Source: Actinomycetes bacterium (lineage in GTDB: Bacteria > Actinomycetota > Actinomycetes > S36-B12 > UBA5976). Taken from it: a stretch of DNA of 64,000 nucleotides. The notes under the pieces are model-generated. The model saw only the letters and a list, made by a program, of their open reading frames with translations, was not told the DNA's origin and made no database searches. A program made the position numbers and the translations under genes. Numbering within the stretch: position 1 is the first letter of the stretch; each line of letters opens with the position of its first letter. This document shows, piece after piece, positions 1-10,564 of this stretch. Location of the stretch: NCBI GenBank assembly GCA_037137575.1, contig JBAXKB010000003.1, positions 1,314 to 65,313 of the forward strand. The letters run 5' to 3'.

Positions 1-6
1 TACGCA

Positions 7-1749
7 TCAGTATTTACGCTCCATCGGTTCGTAGCGGGTGAACACAACCGGTTTGTAGTCCAGGTTGATTTCTGCGCCAGCTTGGTAAGCCATAGTGTGC
101 ACCATGAAATTTACATCATCGCGAGTTTGATAATCTTCACGGGCATGAGCGCCGCGTGATTCTTTACGAGCCAGCGCACTCACTACCGTTACCTCAGCAA
201 GATCAAGCAAGAATCCAAGTTCAATCGCCTCTAGTAGATCAGTGTTGTAGCGCTTGCCTTTATCTTGGATAGACACGTTCGCTAACCGAACTTTTAGCGA
301 ACGCACATCATTTAGCGCCTGAGTCAGGGTTTCGTCATTGCGATAAACCTGCGCGTTTAAGTCCATCGTGTCTTGCATGGCTCGGCGCAGAGTAGCCACG
401 CGTTCTTGGCCAGTGTTATTCATAACTCCACTGAGCAACGCTTCAACATCGGCCGTTGGGTTTTGCGGTAGTTCGACAAACTCAGCTTCAACTGCATATT
501 CGGCTGCCGCAACTCCAGCGCGTTTACCAAACACGTTAATGTCTAAAAGCGAGTTAGTGCCCAAACGATTGGCGCCATGTACTGAAACACAGGCAACTTC
601 ACCAGCAGCAAAGAGCCCAGGCACAAAATCAGTATTGTTGCGCAGCACCTTGGTTGTGATGTCAGTTGGCACGCCACCCATTGCATAATGCGCTGTTGGG
701 AACACTGGCACGCGTTCAGTTAGCGGATCCACGCCAAGGTACGTGCGCGAGAATTCCATGATGTCAGGCAGTTTGGTTTCAATCTGCTCGGCAGGCAAGT
801 GGGTTAAGTCAAGGTAAATGTAATCTTTATGTGGCCCGGCCCCGCGGCCTTCCCGTACCTCCATCACCATGGCGCGGGCAATCATGTCGCGTGGCGCCAA
901 GTCTTTAATGGTCGGGGCGTACCGCTCCATGAAGCGCTCACCGGAAGCATTGCGCAAAATGCCGCCTTCGCCTCGGGCGCCTTCTGTTAGCAGAACGCCA
1001 AGGCCTGCCAAGCCTGTTGGATGGAACTGGTAAAACTCCATGTCTTCAAGCGGAAGGCCCTTGCGAAGCACAAGCCCCATGCCATCGCCCGTGAGTGTGT
1101 GGGCATTAGAAGTGGTTTTCCAGACCTTGCCGTAGCCACCGGTTGCCAAAATGACGCTCTTGGCCTGGAACACATGGATTTCGCCGGTAGCAAGCTCGTA
1201 TGCCACAACGCCAGCAGTTACTGGGTTGCCGTCGCTATCTTCATTGAAGAGTAAATCCAGGACATAAAACTCGTTGTAGAACTCAACATTTTGTTTAATA
1301 CAGTTCTGGTACAAAGTCTGCAAAATCATGTGTCCAGTGCGATCGGCTGCGTAGCACGAACGACGAACTGCAGCCTCGCCATGGTTACGGGTGTGGCCAC
1401 CAAAGCGACGCTGATCAATCTTGCCGTCAGGTGTGCGGTTAAACGGTAAGCCCATTTTTTCAAGATCAATTACCGCGTCAATTGCTTCTTTACACATAAC
1501 TTCAGCTGCATCTTGATCAACCAAGTAATCGCCACCTTTAATGGTGTCGAAGGTATGCCATTCCCAGTTGTCTTCTTCAACGTTTGCAAGAGCTGCGCAC
1601 ATGCCGCCTTGAGCGGCGCCGGTGTGTGAGCGAGTCGGATACAACTTAGTTAGAACTGCAGTGTGCGCGCGCGAACTCGATTCAAGAGCTGCCCGCATGC
1701 CTGCGCCGCCGGCGCCGACAATGATGACATCGTACTTATGGATTTGCAT
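7..1749 (-). CDS. sdhA: succinate dehydrogenase / fumarate reductase flavoprotein subunit
   Basis: 580-aa ORF. It has an N-terminal FAD fold ([16 protein letters not shown]) and SHTGAAQGG and HPTG motifs typical of SdhA/FrdA. An ATGA overlap at nt 5-9 marks the start of the next minus-strand gene (sdhB expected), which runs off the window. Confidence 0.97.
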   Translation of the reverse strand: MQIHKYDVIIVGAGGAGMRAALESSSRAHTAVLTKLYPTRSHTGAAQGGMCAALANVEEDNWEWHTFDTIKGGDYLVDQDAAEVMCKEAIDAVIDLEKMGLPFNRTPDGKIDQRRFGGHTRNHGEAAVRRSCYAADRTGHMILQTLYQNCIKQNVEFYNEFYVLDLLFNEDSDGNPVTAGVVAYELATGEIHVFQAKSVILATGGYGKVWKTTSNAHTLTGDGMGLVLRKGLPLEDMEFYQFHPTGLAGLGVLLTEGARGEGGILRNASGERFMERYAPTIKDLAPRDMIARAMVMEVREGRGAGPHKDYIYLDLTHLPAEQIETKLPDIMEFSRTYLGVDPLTERVPVFPTAHYAMGGVPTDITTKVLRNNTDFVPGLFAAGEVACVSVHGANRLGTNSLLDINVFGKRAGVAAAEYAVEAEFVELPQNPTADVEALLSGVMNNTGQERVATLRRAMQDTMDLNAQVYRNDETLTQALNDVRSLKVRLANVSIQDKGKRYNTDLLEAIELGFLLDLAEVTVVSALARKESRGAHAREDYQTRDDVNFMVHTMAYQAGAEINLDYKPVVFTRYEPMERKY

Positions 1750-1761
1750 CTTGCTCCTGAG

Positions 1762-2175
1762 TTAAGAAATGTTCGGGTCAAAAGTAAAAATAACGAGTGT
1801 GCCAAGCAACACGATAAAGACCACGGTTACTAGTAATAAATATTTAAGAAATGAGCGAGTGCGATCATTCTCGGCGTAGTCGTTAATGATGGTACGAAGC
1901 CCATTGCCGCCGTGCAACATAGCGAGCCACAGTTGTAACAAATCCCAGACTTGCCAGAATGGGCTAGCCCAACGGCCGGCCACAAAGCCAAAATTGATGC
2001 GCTGCACGCCGCCATCGAGGATGTTCATGATGAATAGGTGGCCTAAGACCAGGAAAACCAAGATGATGCCCGAAATACGCATGAATAACCACGAGTAAAG
2101 TTCGTAATTATTTTTACCACTTCGAGCTGAGCGTGGATTCAGCAAAGCTGGTGCTGGGTTTGTATTCTCACTCAT
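1762..2175 (-). CDS. sdhD: succinate dehydrogenase hydrophobic membrane anchor subunit
   Basis: 137-aa ORF with about three hydrophobic helices. It sits between sdhC and sdhA, and its start overlaps the sdhC stop by 1 nt (TAATG). Confidence 0.8.
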   Translation of the reverse strand: MSENTNPAPALLNPRSARSGKNNYELYSWLFMRISGIILVFLVLGHLFIMNILDGGVQRINFGFVAGRWASPFWQVWDLLQLWLAMLHGGNGLRTIINDYAENDRTRSFLKYLLLVTVVFIVLLGTLVIFTFDPNIS

Positions 2176-2564
2176 TAGTTACCACCAAACATTTGCTCGA
2201 GCGTATGTTTGGTCATGAAGTAGAAACCAGGAATCATGATGATGATCCAAATTGCACTAATTACCCACAACATAACTCGGTGATACTTCGGACCCTTGCT
2301 CCAGAAATCCACCAAAATCAAGCGGATGCCATTTAGTGCGTGGTACAAAACTGCGCCCGTTAAGCCAACTTCCAGGAAGTTAACGATCGGAGTTTTGTAA
2401 GACTCGATAACGGTGTTGTAGTCCTTTGGCGATACGCGCACTAGCGCTGTATCCAACACATGCACGAATAAAAAGAAAAATACGGCCACACCGGTAATTC
2501 GATGCGCAACCCAAGACCACATGCCTTCACGGCCACGGTACAAAGTGGCTGGTATTGGCGCCAT
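2175..2564 (-). CDS. sdhC: succinate dehydrogenase cytochrome b subunit
   Basis: Membrane ORF upstream of sdhD/sdhA containing the WVAHRITG motif. I prefer the ATG at 2564, preceded by GAGAGGG, over the TTG at 2579 given in the ORF track. Confidence 0.85.
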   Translation of the reverse strand: MAPIPATLYRGREGMWSWVAHRITGVAVFFFLFVHVLDTALVRVSPKDYNTVIESYKTPIVNFLEVGLTGAVLYHALNGIRLILVDFWSKGPKYHRVMLWVISAIWIIIMIPGFYFMTKHTLEQMFGGN

Positions 2565-2683
2565 GTTATGCCCTCTCAAAAGCAGTCAATCTAGTTAAAT
2601 CGTAGTAGAGACAAAGGAAAGTGGCTAAGTGAGCAGCAACATTGTCAGCAAGGTCACATCTGGCGCAGCGGTTTGGCGCCGAA

Positions 2684-4438
2684 CTAGTCAGCAATCTCTA
2701 GCAGAACAGTGCCGCTGGTAACTGTGGCACCAATTTCAGCTGAAATTGCCTTGATTGTCCCTGCTTTATGCGCGGTTAGTGGCTGCTCCATTTTCATGGC
2801 CTCCAAAACCACAACAAGCTCGCCGACTTGAACGCTTTGTCCTTCTTCGACCGCAATTTTCACGATTGTTCCCTGCATAGGAGCAACAACGGAGTTTCCT
2901 GTGCTCGCTGCTACCGCCTTATTGCGGCGAGTGGCTGTGCGTTTTTTGGGACTATCTACGCTAAATGATGACGGTAAAATAACCTCAACCCGGCGCCCAT
3001 TAACCTCAACGGTGATTGGTGCGCGACGATCATCTGACTCTTGCGCAGACCCGATACCTGAGTACGCGGCGATTTTGTTATTGAATTCAGTTTCAATCCA
3101 GCGAGTATGTATTGCAAAATTGCCGTCAGTCGGGGCGAAAGCAGATTCAGTTAGAACAACCTTGTGAAATGGAATCACGGTGGCAATCCCGTCAACTTTA
3201 AACTCTTCAAGAGCGCGGCGAGAGCGAGCTATCGCTTCCTCGCGGGTTGCGCCGGTAACAATTAGTTTTGCGAGCAGTGAATCGAAGTTGCCACCGATTA
3301 CATCGCCTTGAACAAAACCTGTGTCTACTCGAACACCGGGTCCAGCCGGTATCGCCCATTCGGCCAAAGTTCCAGGTGCAGGCAAGAAGCCGCGTCCTGG
3401 ATCTTCACCGTTAATCCGAAATTCAATGGAGTGTCCGGTAACTTTTGGATCTTCGTAACCTAACGCTTCACCTTGGGCGATCCGGAACTGTTCGCGCACC
3501 AAGTCAATGCCGGTCACTTCTTCCGAAACCGGGTGTTCTACCTGCAGGCGGGTATTTACTTCAAGGAACGAAATTGTGCCATCTTGGCCAATCAAAAACT
3601 CGCAAGTACCAGCGCCCACATACTTGGCTTCCCGCAAGATGGCCTTACTTGAAGTATAAAGTTCGGCGATTTGTGCTTCGGTTAAATACGGAGCGGGAGC
3701 TTCTTCCACAAGTTTCTGGTGACGACGTTGCAAGGAACAATCGCGAGTTGAAACAACAACAACGTTGCCGTGCTCATCAGCGAGGCATTGTGTTTCTACG
3801 TGCCGTGGCTTATCAAGGTAGCGTTCAACAAAACATTCACCGCGGCCAAAAGCAGCCACAGCCTCACGAACTGCAGATTCGTAAAGTTCTGGAATTTCCT
3901 CAAGGTTGCGGGCAACTTTGAGTCCGCGACCACCACCACCAAACGCGGCCTTAATTGCAACTGGCAAACCGTATGCTTTTGCGAATTCAACAACTTCATC
4001 ACTGGTGGTTACTGGGTCAGGCGTGCCAGGCACCTGAGGTGCGCCAGCTTTGGCAGCGATGTGGCGAGCAGAAACTTTGTCGCCCAAATCGCGAATAGCA
4101 GCAGGTGGTGGGCCGATCCAAATTAAATCAGCATCAATAACTGCTTGGGCAAAATCAGCATTTTCGGATAGGAAACCGTAACCAGGGTGAACCGCATTTG
4201 CCCCAGATTTTTTTGCAGCATCAATGATTTTCTCGATTACCAGGTAGCTTTCAGCGGCCGTGCTGCCACCCAATGAGAATGCAGAGTCGGCCATTTTTAC
4301 ATGAACAGAGTCGCGATCAGGTTCGGCATAAACGGCAACGCTGGCAATCCCAGCATCTCGGCAAGCTCGAATTACCCTGACCGCAATTTCGCCACGATTG
4401 GCGATTAAAACTGAGGTAATTTTCTTTGGCTGTGCCAC
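2684..4438 (-). CDS. accA: acetyl/propionyl-CoA carboxylase alpha subunit (biotin carboxylase + BCCP)
   Basis: 584 aa. It has an ATP-grasp biotin carboxylase N-terminus ([14 protein letters not shown]-like [19 protein letters not shown]) and a C-terminal biotinyl-lysine motif (EAMKME). GTG start with an AAGGAG RBS. Confidence 0.95.
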   Translation of the reverse strand: MAQPKKITSVLIANRGEIAVRVIRACRDAGIASVAVYAEPDRDSVHVKMADSAFSLGGSTAAESYLVIEKIIDAAKKSGANAVHPGYGFLSENADFAQAVIDADLIWIGPPPAAIRDLGDKVSARHIAAKAGAPQVPGTPDPVTTSDEVVEFAKAYGLPVAIKAAFGGGGRGLKVARNLEEIPELYESAVREAVAAFGRGECFVERYLDKPRHVETQCLADEHGNVVVVSTRDCSLQRRHQKLVEEAPAPYLTEAQIAELYTSSKAILREAKYVGAGTCEFLIGQDGTISFLEVNTRLQVEHPVSEEVTGIDLVREQFRIAQGEALGYEDPKVTGHSIEFRINGEDPGRGFLPAPGTLAEWAIPAGPGVRVDTGFVQGDVIGGNFDSLLAKLIVTGATREEAIARSRRALEEFKVDGIATVIPFHKVVLTESAFAPTDGNFAIHTRWIETEFNNKIAAYSGIGSAQESDDRRAPITVEVNGRRVEVILPSSFSVDSPKKRTATRRNKAVAASTGNSVVAPMQGTIVKIAVEEGQSVQVGELVVVLEAMKMEQPLTAHKAGTIKAISAEIGATVTSGTVLLEIAD

Positions 4439-4498
4439 GTGTTACTCCTTGCTGATACTCGTCCAATTCTATTGGCTAGCAGGTAATTAGGGGATTCC

Positions 4499-5116
4499 CT
4501 AGTGCCACAAGGAAGTCCACGCTATTCCCATATCTCGGGTTAACTCACGCAATAGCAACATGGACATGCCCGCAACAGCCGCAACATCTCCATCAATACC
4601 GGTGATGAACGCACTACTTCGACCTTCGTGGGTGAATCCACCAGCGACACCTAATGGTTCGCCACTGGCAACGTAGGCTGCGATTTCAGCATCCGAGACA
4701 TCGCCAAAGTGCACGTGAGCACCAGCAACACCTGTGCGCACTTCACCGGTTGCTAAATCTTTAACCCAGTGACCACTATGGAGGTAGCCACTTTTGCCGC
4801 GCATTGCTTGCCAACGCTCAGTTGCAATTTCTGGGGTGCCAGGTTTGCCATAGCCTACGCCTTCAAATTCCAGCATCGAATCAGCGGCAATCATCAAAAT
4901 ATTTGTTGAAGATGTCACCGTAATGTTTTGCGCAACAGCTTCACCTTTTGCCTTTGCTAACGCCACAACTAACTCCGCAGTTGTCGGCAAGGCAAGTTCA
5001 TTAGCTACGGCTTCTTCGTCGACATCACTAACTTGGACCAGCGCAGGGATTCCAGAGTCCATTAAAAGTTTGTATCTAGACGTTGAGGCAGAAGCAAGCA
5101 GGACTGTGCGCGACAT
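4499..5116 (-). CDS. maf: Maf-like nucleoside triphosphate pyrophosphatase
   Basis: 205 aa with an LASASxxR N-terminal motif. It occupies the conserved position between the acyl-CoA carboxylase subunits, as in other Actinobacteria. Confidence 0.85.
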   Translation of the reverse strand: MSRTVLLASASTSRYKLLMDSGIPALVQVSDVDEEAVANELALPTTAELVVALAKAKGEAVAQNITVTSSTNILMIAADSMLEFEGVGYGKPGTPEIATERWQAMRGKSGYLHSGHWVKDLATGEVRTGVAGAHVHFGDVSDAEIAAYVASGEPLGVAGGFTHEGRSSAFITGIDGDVAAVAGMSMLLLRELTRDMGIAWTSLWH

Positions 5117-5119
5117 TAG

Positions 5120-5317
5120 TTACGACGGCAAACTTGAGCGACGCCAGCTATCCTGGCTTCGCACTACCGGTTTGCGCACAACATGTTCGGGCTTATTCCA
5201 CTCAGGATGACGACGATCTGCAGTTGTTAAAGCAGTCAAACGCCGAGTAAGCACTGCAACTAAGGCAGCCAACTCATCTGCAGTTAGCTCGCCTTTCACA
5301 ACCTTGAGATCCTTCAT
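5120..5317 (-). CDS. accE: acyl-CoA carboxylase epsilon subunit
   Basis: 65-aa ORF immediately downstream of, and overlapping, the carboxyltransferase gene. The N-terminus (VVKGELTADELAALVAVL) is typical of AccE. Confidence 0.7.
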   Translation of the reverse strand: MKDLKVVKGELTADELAALVAVLTRRLTALTTADRRHPEWNKPEHVVRKPVVRSQDSWRRSSLPS

Positions 5318-6891
5318 TACAGTGGGATATTTCCATGCTTTTTCGGTGGCATTGTTTGACGCTTGCCACGCAGACTTCGCAGGGCCTTAGTTATGCTCAC
5401 TCGAGTTTCGTGGGGAGCGATAACTGAATCGATGTATCCACGGTCTGCAGCTAGGTATGGGTTAGCCAAAGTGTCATCGTAATCAGCAATGAATTCTGCG
5501 CGAGCTGCTACTGGGTCAGTGGCAGCAGCAAGTTCTTTGCGATACAAAATGTTAACTGCGCCTTGTGCGCCCATGACTGCAATCTGCGCTGTTGGCCAAG
5601 CAAGGTTAATGTCCGCGCCTAAGTGCTTTGACCCCATCACGATGTACGCGCCGCCATAAGCCTTACGAGTGATCACAGTGATTAGTGGAACCGAGGCTTC
5701 TGAATATGCGTAAAGCAATTTAGCGCCACGGCGAATGATGCCCTGGTATTCCTGATCAGTGCCTGGCAAGAAACCTGGCACATCAACAAATGTAATGATG
5801 GGGATGTTAAAAGCGTCACAGGTGCGCACAAAACGAGCCGCTTTCTCGCTGGCATCAATGTCTAGTGCGCCAGCAAATTGCATTGGCTGATTGGCAATAA
5901 CGCCAACAGATTCACCTTCAATTCGACCAAGTCCAGTCACGATGTTTGGGGCGAAAAGTGGTTGTGTTTCAAGGAAATCGCCATCATCAAGCACGCTTTC
6001 AATCAATTTATGCATGTCGTATGGCTGGTTAGGCGAGTCTGGCACGAGCGTATCGAGTTCGCGGTCCTCATCTGAGATTTCCAAATCCGCACTGACTGCC
6101 AGTGAAGGCACATCATCAAGGTTGTTACTTGGCAAGAATGAAAGTAGGTGCTTCACATAATCAAACGCATCTTGCTCATCGTGGGCCATGTAATGGGCAA
6201 CACCTGATTTTGTACTGTGCGTTAAGGCGCCACCTAGTTCTTCAAACCCAACTTCTTCACCGGTAACAGTTTTGATTACATCTGGGCCGGTGATGAACAT
6301 CTGCGCAGTTTTATCAACCATGATGATGAAGTCCGTAAGCGCAGGAGAGTAAACCGCGCCACCAGCACTTGGGCCAACCATGAGTGATATTTGCGGGATT
6401 ACACCTGAGGCGCGAGTATTGCGCTTAAAAATCTCGCCGTACATTGCAAGTGAAGCAACGCCTTCTTGAATTCGCGCACCACCCGAATCGTTGATACCGA
6501 TAATTGGGCAACCAGTTTTCATGGCAAGATCCATAACCTTGACGATTTTCTGGCCCATAACTTCGCCAAGTGAGCCGCCAAAAACTGTGAAATCTTGGGA
6601 GAACACACAGACAGGTCGGCCGTCTATTGTGCCAAAGCCGGTGATAACACCATCGCCGTATGGCCGATTGGCTTCCATGCCAAAGTTAGTAGAACGGTGA
6701 CGGGCAAGGGCATCGATTTCCTGGAATGAATCTTCGTCCAGCAAATGCAGGATACGTTCCATGGCTGAAAGTTTGCCTTTTGCTTGCTGCTTTTCGGCAG
6801 ACGCCACTTGGCGCTGCGCGATGTGTTCGCGATGCTCTTGTAGCTTCGCCAACTTGCCAGCTGTTGTGTGCTTATCTTGCTCGGAGCTCAC
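5317..6891 (-). CDS. pccB: acyl-CoA carboxylase beta subunit (carboxyltransferase, PccB/AccD5-like)
   Basis: 524 aa with carboxyltransferase motifs ([24 protein letters not shown]). GTG start with a GGAGG RBS. Confidence 0.95.
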   Translation of the reverse strand: MSSEQDKHTTAGKLAKLQEHREHIAQRQVASAEKQQAKGKLSAMERILHLLDEDSFQEIDALARHRSTNFGMEANRPYGDGVITGFGTIDGRPVCVFSQDFTVFGGSLGEVMGQKIVKVMDLAMKTGCPIIGINDSGGARIQEGVASLAMYGEIFKRNTRASGVIPQISLMVGPSAGGAVYSPALTDFIIMVDKTAQMFITGPDVIKTVTGEEVGFEELGGALTHSTKSGVAHYMAHDEQDAFDYVKHLLSFLPSNNLDDVPSLAVSADLEISDEDRELDTLVPDSPNQPYDMHKLIESVLDDGDFLETQPLFAPNIVTGLGRIEGESVGVIANQPMQFAGALDIDASEKAARFVRTCDAFNIPIITFVDVPGFLPGTDQEYQGIIRRGAKLLYAYSEASVPLITVITRKAYGGAYIVMGSKHLGADINLAWPTAQIAVMGAQGAVNILYRKELAAATDPVAARAEFIADYDDTLANPYLAADRGYIDSVIAPHETRVSITKALRSLRGKRQTMPPKKHGNIPL

Positions 6892-6933
6892 CCAATACCT
6901 CCACAGTTATCTCTAGTGTTCTACCCTAGCGAT

Positions 6934-7734
6934 ATGACACCTAATGTTGAATTAATTGGCGCCGAACCGCTTGATAGCCAAGTAATTAGTGATTTTCTGC
7001 GCGAATTCGGCGGTTTATGGAATCAACTGGAAGTTTTTTCGACTGTGGATTCAACAAATACAGAATTGGCCCGCAATATTTCTGCAGTGGGATCTGGCCA
7101 TGGGCGGATACTTGCCGCAGAAGAGCAAACTGGCGGCCTTGGGCGACTTGGGCGAGATTGGAGCACCGAACACGGCAAGGGAATCGCACTGAGCCTTGGG
7201 GTTGATGCAAGTGACGTTGACCACGACTTAACAGCGCTGCCACTCATAGTTGGCGTAGCAGTTATTAGGGCATTGGCGCTTGTCGGCGTATCAGCCACTT
7301 TGAAGTGGCCAAACGATATCGTATTTCTAAATGTGGATGGGTCCGTGCGAAAGTGCGGGGGAATACTCGTGCAAAGAATTGAGCATGCACTTGTCATCGG
7401 GATCGGACTCAATGTCATGCATAGCGTTTCGCAGCTTCCAACTCCACTAGCGACATCGTTGCTAGTGGAAGGTCATGCGGTGTCTCGAAATGAATTAGTC
7501 GCTCGGATAATCAGGGAGATTGAATCTGCGTTAACGCAACCTGGGCAGTGGATTAAAGATTACTTAGCGGTGTGTTCATCAATCGATCGCGAAGTGATCG
7601 TGCATCAGCTCGCTGGCGAGAAACTTCAAGGTAAAGCAATTTCGGTATTGCCCAGTGGCGCATTAGTTTTGGCAACAGATGATGCGCAAATTGAAGTAAC
7701 TATTGGCGACGTTGAGCACGCAACAATTAGTTAG
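6934..7734 (+). CDS. birA: biotin--[acetyl-CoA-carboxylase] ligase
   Basis: Carries the GRLGRDW biotin-binding motif (GGLGRLGRDW) and is divergent from the carboxylase operon. I prefer the ATG at 6934, because the ORF-track start at 6868 overlaps pccB. Confidence 0.85.
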   Translation: MTPNVELIGAEPLDSQVISDFLREFGGLWNQLEVFSTVDSTNTELARNISAVGSGHGRILAAEEQTGGLGRLGRDWSTEHGKGIALSLGVDASDVDHDLTALPLIVGVAVIRALALVGVSATLKWPNDIVFLNVDGSVRKCGGILVQRIEHALVIGIGLNVMHSVSQLPTPLATSLLVEGHAVSRNELVARIIREIESALTQPGQWIKDYLAVCSSIDREVIVHQLAGEKLQGKAISVLPSGALVLATDDAQIEVTIGDVEHATIS

Positions 7735-8164
7735 TCGAATCTTGCGGCAAGAACACCCACTTGCGGTAACTCCAGAATCTAAACAGAGTGCCAAAAATTA
7801 AACCTACGGCGTTTCCGCTGACGTTGTCGGCCAAGGGGCTGGTGAAACCCAATAAGTAGTGGCTAATCGCCAGGCAGGTCAATTGAATCCCCATTCCTAC
7901 CCCGTTTAGCACGACAAACAGCAGGTATTCGCGGCGGTAGGAAGTTCGAGCGCGATTCCTAAAAGTCCAGAATCTATTTCCGAAATAAGCAAAAGTGGTT
8001 GCCACAATTGCGCTAATTGTTTTGGCGGTAAGGGGCTTTTCAGAAAGCGAATTATGTAAAAGTAAATTGAAAATTGAGACATCAATGATGTACGCAACTA
8101 GTCCAATAGCTCCGAATTTTGCCACTTCATTTTTGAGCCGGTTGTAAATACCGCGTATGTCCAC
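7727..8164 (-). CDS. GtrA-family membrane protein
   Basis: 145 aa with four hydrophobic segments. The N-terminal KFGAIGLVAYIIDV and C-terminal FRFWSYRKWVF motifs are typical of GtrA-like proteins. Confidence 0.8.
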   Translation of the reverse strand: MDIRGIYNRLKNEVAKFGAIGLVAYIIDVSIFNLLLHNSLSEKPLTAKTISAIVATTFAYFGNRFWTFRNRARTSYRREYLLFVVLNGVGMGIQLTCLAISHYLLGFTSPLADNVSGNAVGLIFGTLFRFWSYRKWVFLPQDSTN

Positions 8165-8260
8165 CCATTTAGGTTATCGCTAACTAGTGGGCTAAAGATG
8201 TCGCACGTACATTGTTGCGATAGGTTGAGGGCATCTGATGTGCGACAGAGGTGGATTAAC

Positions 8261-8941
8261 GTGTCCCAAAATATTTTGGTGATTGAAGATGATCAAGCCG
8301 TTTCGGAGACCCTTGATTTAATTTTGCAGTCCGCAGGATTTGTAACTTCTTTTTGTTTTGATGGCTCACAAGCCTTGGAAATATTCAAGAAAACAAACCC
8401 AGACTTGATTCTGCTTGATTTAAATTTACCTAACCTAGATGGGTTGGATGTATTTCGCGGTATTCGTGAAGTAAGCGCTGTACCGATTATCATTTTGACC
8501 GCTCGCGATAATTCAGATGACATCGTCAAAGGATTAGAGCTAGGCGCCGACGATTACATTCCAAAACCTTGGCGAAGCAATGAAGAACTCGTAGCGCGAA
8601 TCAAGTCGAGACTTCGCCCAATTGATGCATCATCTGGCGCGGAATTGAAAATTGGTGATGTCACAATCGATGTAATTGGGCACAAAGTCCGTCGTGGGGT
8701 AACTGTAATTCCACTCACAGTTCTAGAATTCAAAATTTTGACCACACTTGCAAAGCAGCCAGCTAAGGTTTTCACTCGTGAAGCTTTGCTCGAAGAAGTA
8801 TGGGATTATCGCCATGCTGCAGATACCCGACTAGTCAATGTTCACATTCAGCGTTTGCGGGCCAAGGTTGAGAGCGATCCAGATAAGCCAGAAATTATTC
8901 TGACTGTTCGTGGTGTGGGTTACAAGGCTGGCCCTGCTTAA
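8261..8941 (+). CDS. mtrA: OmpR-family response regulator, MtrA orthologue
   Basis: The receiver domain retains its acidic pocket (VIEDD, LILLDLNLP). The winged-helix C-terminus (ADTRLVNVHIQRLRAKVESDPDKPEIILTVRGVGYKAGPA) is almost identical to mycobacterial MtrA. I prefer the GTG at 8261, preceded by AGAGGTGG. Confidence 0.9.
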   Translation: MSQNILVIEDDQAVSETLDLILQSAGFVTSFCFDGSQALEIFKKTNPDLILLDLNLPNLDGLDVFRGIREVSAVPIIILTARDNSDDIVKGLELGADDYIPKPWRSNEELVARIKSRLRPIDASSGAELKIGDVTIDVIGHKVRRGVTVIPLTVLEFKILTTLAKQPAKVFTREALLEEVWDYRHAADTRLVNVHIQRLRAKVESDPDKPEIILTVRGVGYKAGPA

Positions 8942-9083
8942 TCTAAAGTTTGGCTTAATCAAGTTAAATCTCTCACCAGAGCGATCGCGCGTATTTTTTT
9001 GCCGAGCGATTTTCTAATTCTTTAGTTCGCTCACAGCACTAATTCTGCACAGGTATGACCAAAATTGGTCAGCCGTAGATTTT

Positions 9084-9701
9084 ATGCATTTGGCTATTAA
9101 AGTGATGCCAATTTTTTCATCAATTTTCCCAGCCAAATGCATAAGATGCTCGCGACTTGGGAATGGACTGTGTGAAATGTGCCGAGCGAACTTGCTGATT
9201 ACTAGGGGAGCGGATTTGTATGGCGTTGACCAATGCTGGAGCGCTGGTGCCTATTCAGGTTGGCTTCGCGATGCCGTGCTTTCCTACAAGTCTGGTCGAA
9301 TCGAGTTTCGAGATGGGTTAGTCGAGGTGCTTTATCAAATCCTGCAAACTGCAGATTGCCCTGCACAGTGCATCGTTAACATTCCAAGCACCATTGACAA
9401 GGTGCGTAGTCGCGGCTTCGACACAGTTGGTGAACTTAGCGTCGCATTGGCGAAGCGAACAAAACTACAGGTTCGACCGGTACTAAAGTTTGCCCGCAAA
9501 ATTCAAGATCAAGTTGGCCTAAATCGGACAGATCGAGGCGAAAACTTGGACCGTGCTTTCACCGCATCACACGTGGTTCCTAGCCGAATCGTTCTAATTG
9601 ATGATGTTCTCACTACTGGGGCAACAGTTATAGCTGCGGCCCGAACATTGCGACTTTGTGGTGCGAAAAAAATTTATGTCATTTCCGTGTGCAGAACCTG
9701 A
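9084..9701 (+). CDS. comF: ComF-family phosphoribosyltransferase-domain protein
   Basis: N-terminal Cys-rich zinc finger (CIRCSRLGNGLCEMC) and a C-terminal PRTase motif (VLIDDVLTTGAT). It holds the conserved position upstream of hpf. Confidence 0.8.
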   Translation: MHLAIKVMPIFSSIFPAKCIRCSRLGNGLCEMCRANLLITRGADLYGVDQCWSAGAYSGWLRDAVLSYKSGRIEFRDGLVEVLYQILQTADCPAQCIVNIPSTIDKVRSRGFDTVGELSVALAKRTKLQVRPVLKFARKIQDQVGLNRTDRGENLDRAFTASHVVPSRIVLIDDVLTTGATVIAAARTLRLCGAKKIYVISVCRT

Positions 9702-9719
9702 AAATGTGCGTACGGTATG

Positions 9720-9835
9720 CATATGACACCCACCCGGGTTCGACCTAGTGAGGCAGGCGCTCTGTTTCAGAGCATTTCTGCAATCTCGTTTTGCCGGTTA
9801 ATGGCAAGTATCCCGGGTGGGTGCCTTTTGTAATT
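9720..9835 (+). ncRNA. candidate structured RNA in the comF-hpf spacer (possible raiA-motif RNA)
   Basis: A perfect 12-bp closing stem (CACCCACCCGGG 9727-9738 / CCCGGGTGGGTG 9812-9823) encloses two local hairpins: GCTCTG-TTT-CAGAGC (9759-9773) and TTGCC-N7-GGCAA (9791-9807). Its position between comFC and raiA/hpf is typical of the raiA motif class. I did not check it against the covariance model. Confidence 0.4.
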
Positions 9836-9869
9836 GCGGGTCCGCATCCAATAGAAAAAGGGAAAAATC

Positions 9870-10499
9870 ATGAATGAATCAGTACAAAAAACATCCGCTC
9901 CAAGTATCAACGTGGTTATTCATGGCCGACACGCAGTTTTATCAAATCGATTCAAAGAGCATGTGCGCACTAAGTTGATACGCATTGATCGCTTCGCGTT
10001 AGAAGTTGCTCGCGTTGACGTGGAATTAACTCATGAGGCAAACCCCCGTCAAAGTGATCGGGCTTTCGAAATTGAATTGACCTCAGATGGAATTGGTCCG
10101 TTTATCCGAGCGAAGGCACACGCAGCCGATAAATACACTGCGTTTGATTTAGCTCATGAACGTTTTGTTGAACAACTTCGCAGAATGCATGAGCGAGCAA
10201 AGTCAATCGAACATCGCCGGCCAAATCCAGGCACTCAATTAATCGAATTACCAACAACAGTTCCTGCGGATAATCAGGTTTCAACGGAACCAGACGTGGT
10301 CTTGGAAAGTGGACCGCTTCAAGTAGCGATAGCGCATCCAAGCGTGCCAAATATCTCGGTTGAACAAGCGGTTGAAAAAATGGAACTATCCGGTTTGAAG
10401 TTCTTGATTTTTATTGACAGCGCCTCAGGGATCCAAAGTGTGCTTTATCCACGACATGGTTATGACTATGGCTTGATGCAATTAGGTAAGGCAAGTTAA
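9870..10499 (+). CDS. hpf: ribosome hibernation promoting factor (long form)
   Basis: 209 aa, with an S30AE/RaiA N-terminal domain plus the C-terminal dimerisation domain found in long HPFs. Confidence 0.92.
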   Translation: MNESVQKTSAPSINVVIHGRHAVLSNRFKEHVRTKLIRIDRFALEVARVDVELTHEANPRQSDRAFEIELTSDGIGPFIRAKAHAADKYTAFDLAHERFVEQLRRMHERAKSIEHRRPNPGTQLIELPTTVPADNQVSTEPDVVLESGPLQVAIAHPSVPNISVEQAVEKMELSGLKFLIFIDSASGIQSVLYPRHGYDYGLMQLGKAS

Positions 10500-10564
10500 C
10501 GGCGAAATTTGGTAGGCGAGCGCAAAAACTGTTTCTCGTTTTTTGAACTAAAACCTAAGTCGAG

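Noticed and set aside
8205-8246. 8-bp inverted repeat (TGTCGCAC ... GTGCGACA) in the mtrA leader just upstream of the RBS
   Set aside because: It is a single unsupported stem with a 24-nt loop. The transcription start is unknown, so I cannot tell whether it is transcribed. I noted it but did not call it.
9734-9745. tRNA T-loop-like GGGTTCGACC sequence in the comF-hpf spacer
   Set aside because: No acceptor stem, anticodon arm or D-arm can be built around it. It forms part of the larger structured element instead.
10510-10550. Possible bidirectional terminator between hpf and the CapA-like gene (CGAG...CTCG followed by TTTTTT, and AAAAAC/GTTTTT)
   Set aside because: The stems are only 4-6 bp and AT-rich or contain wobble pairs. 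This is too weak to call as a feature.
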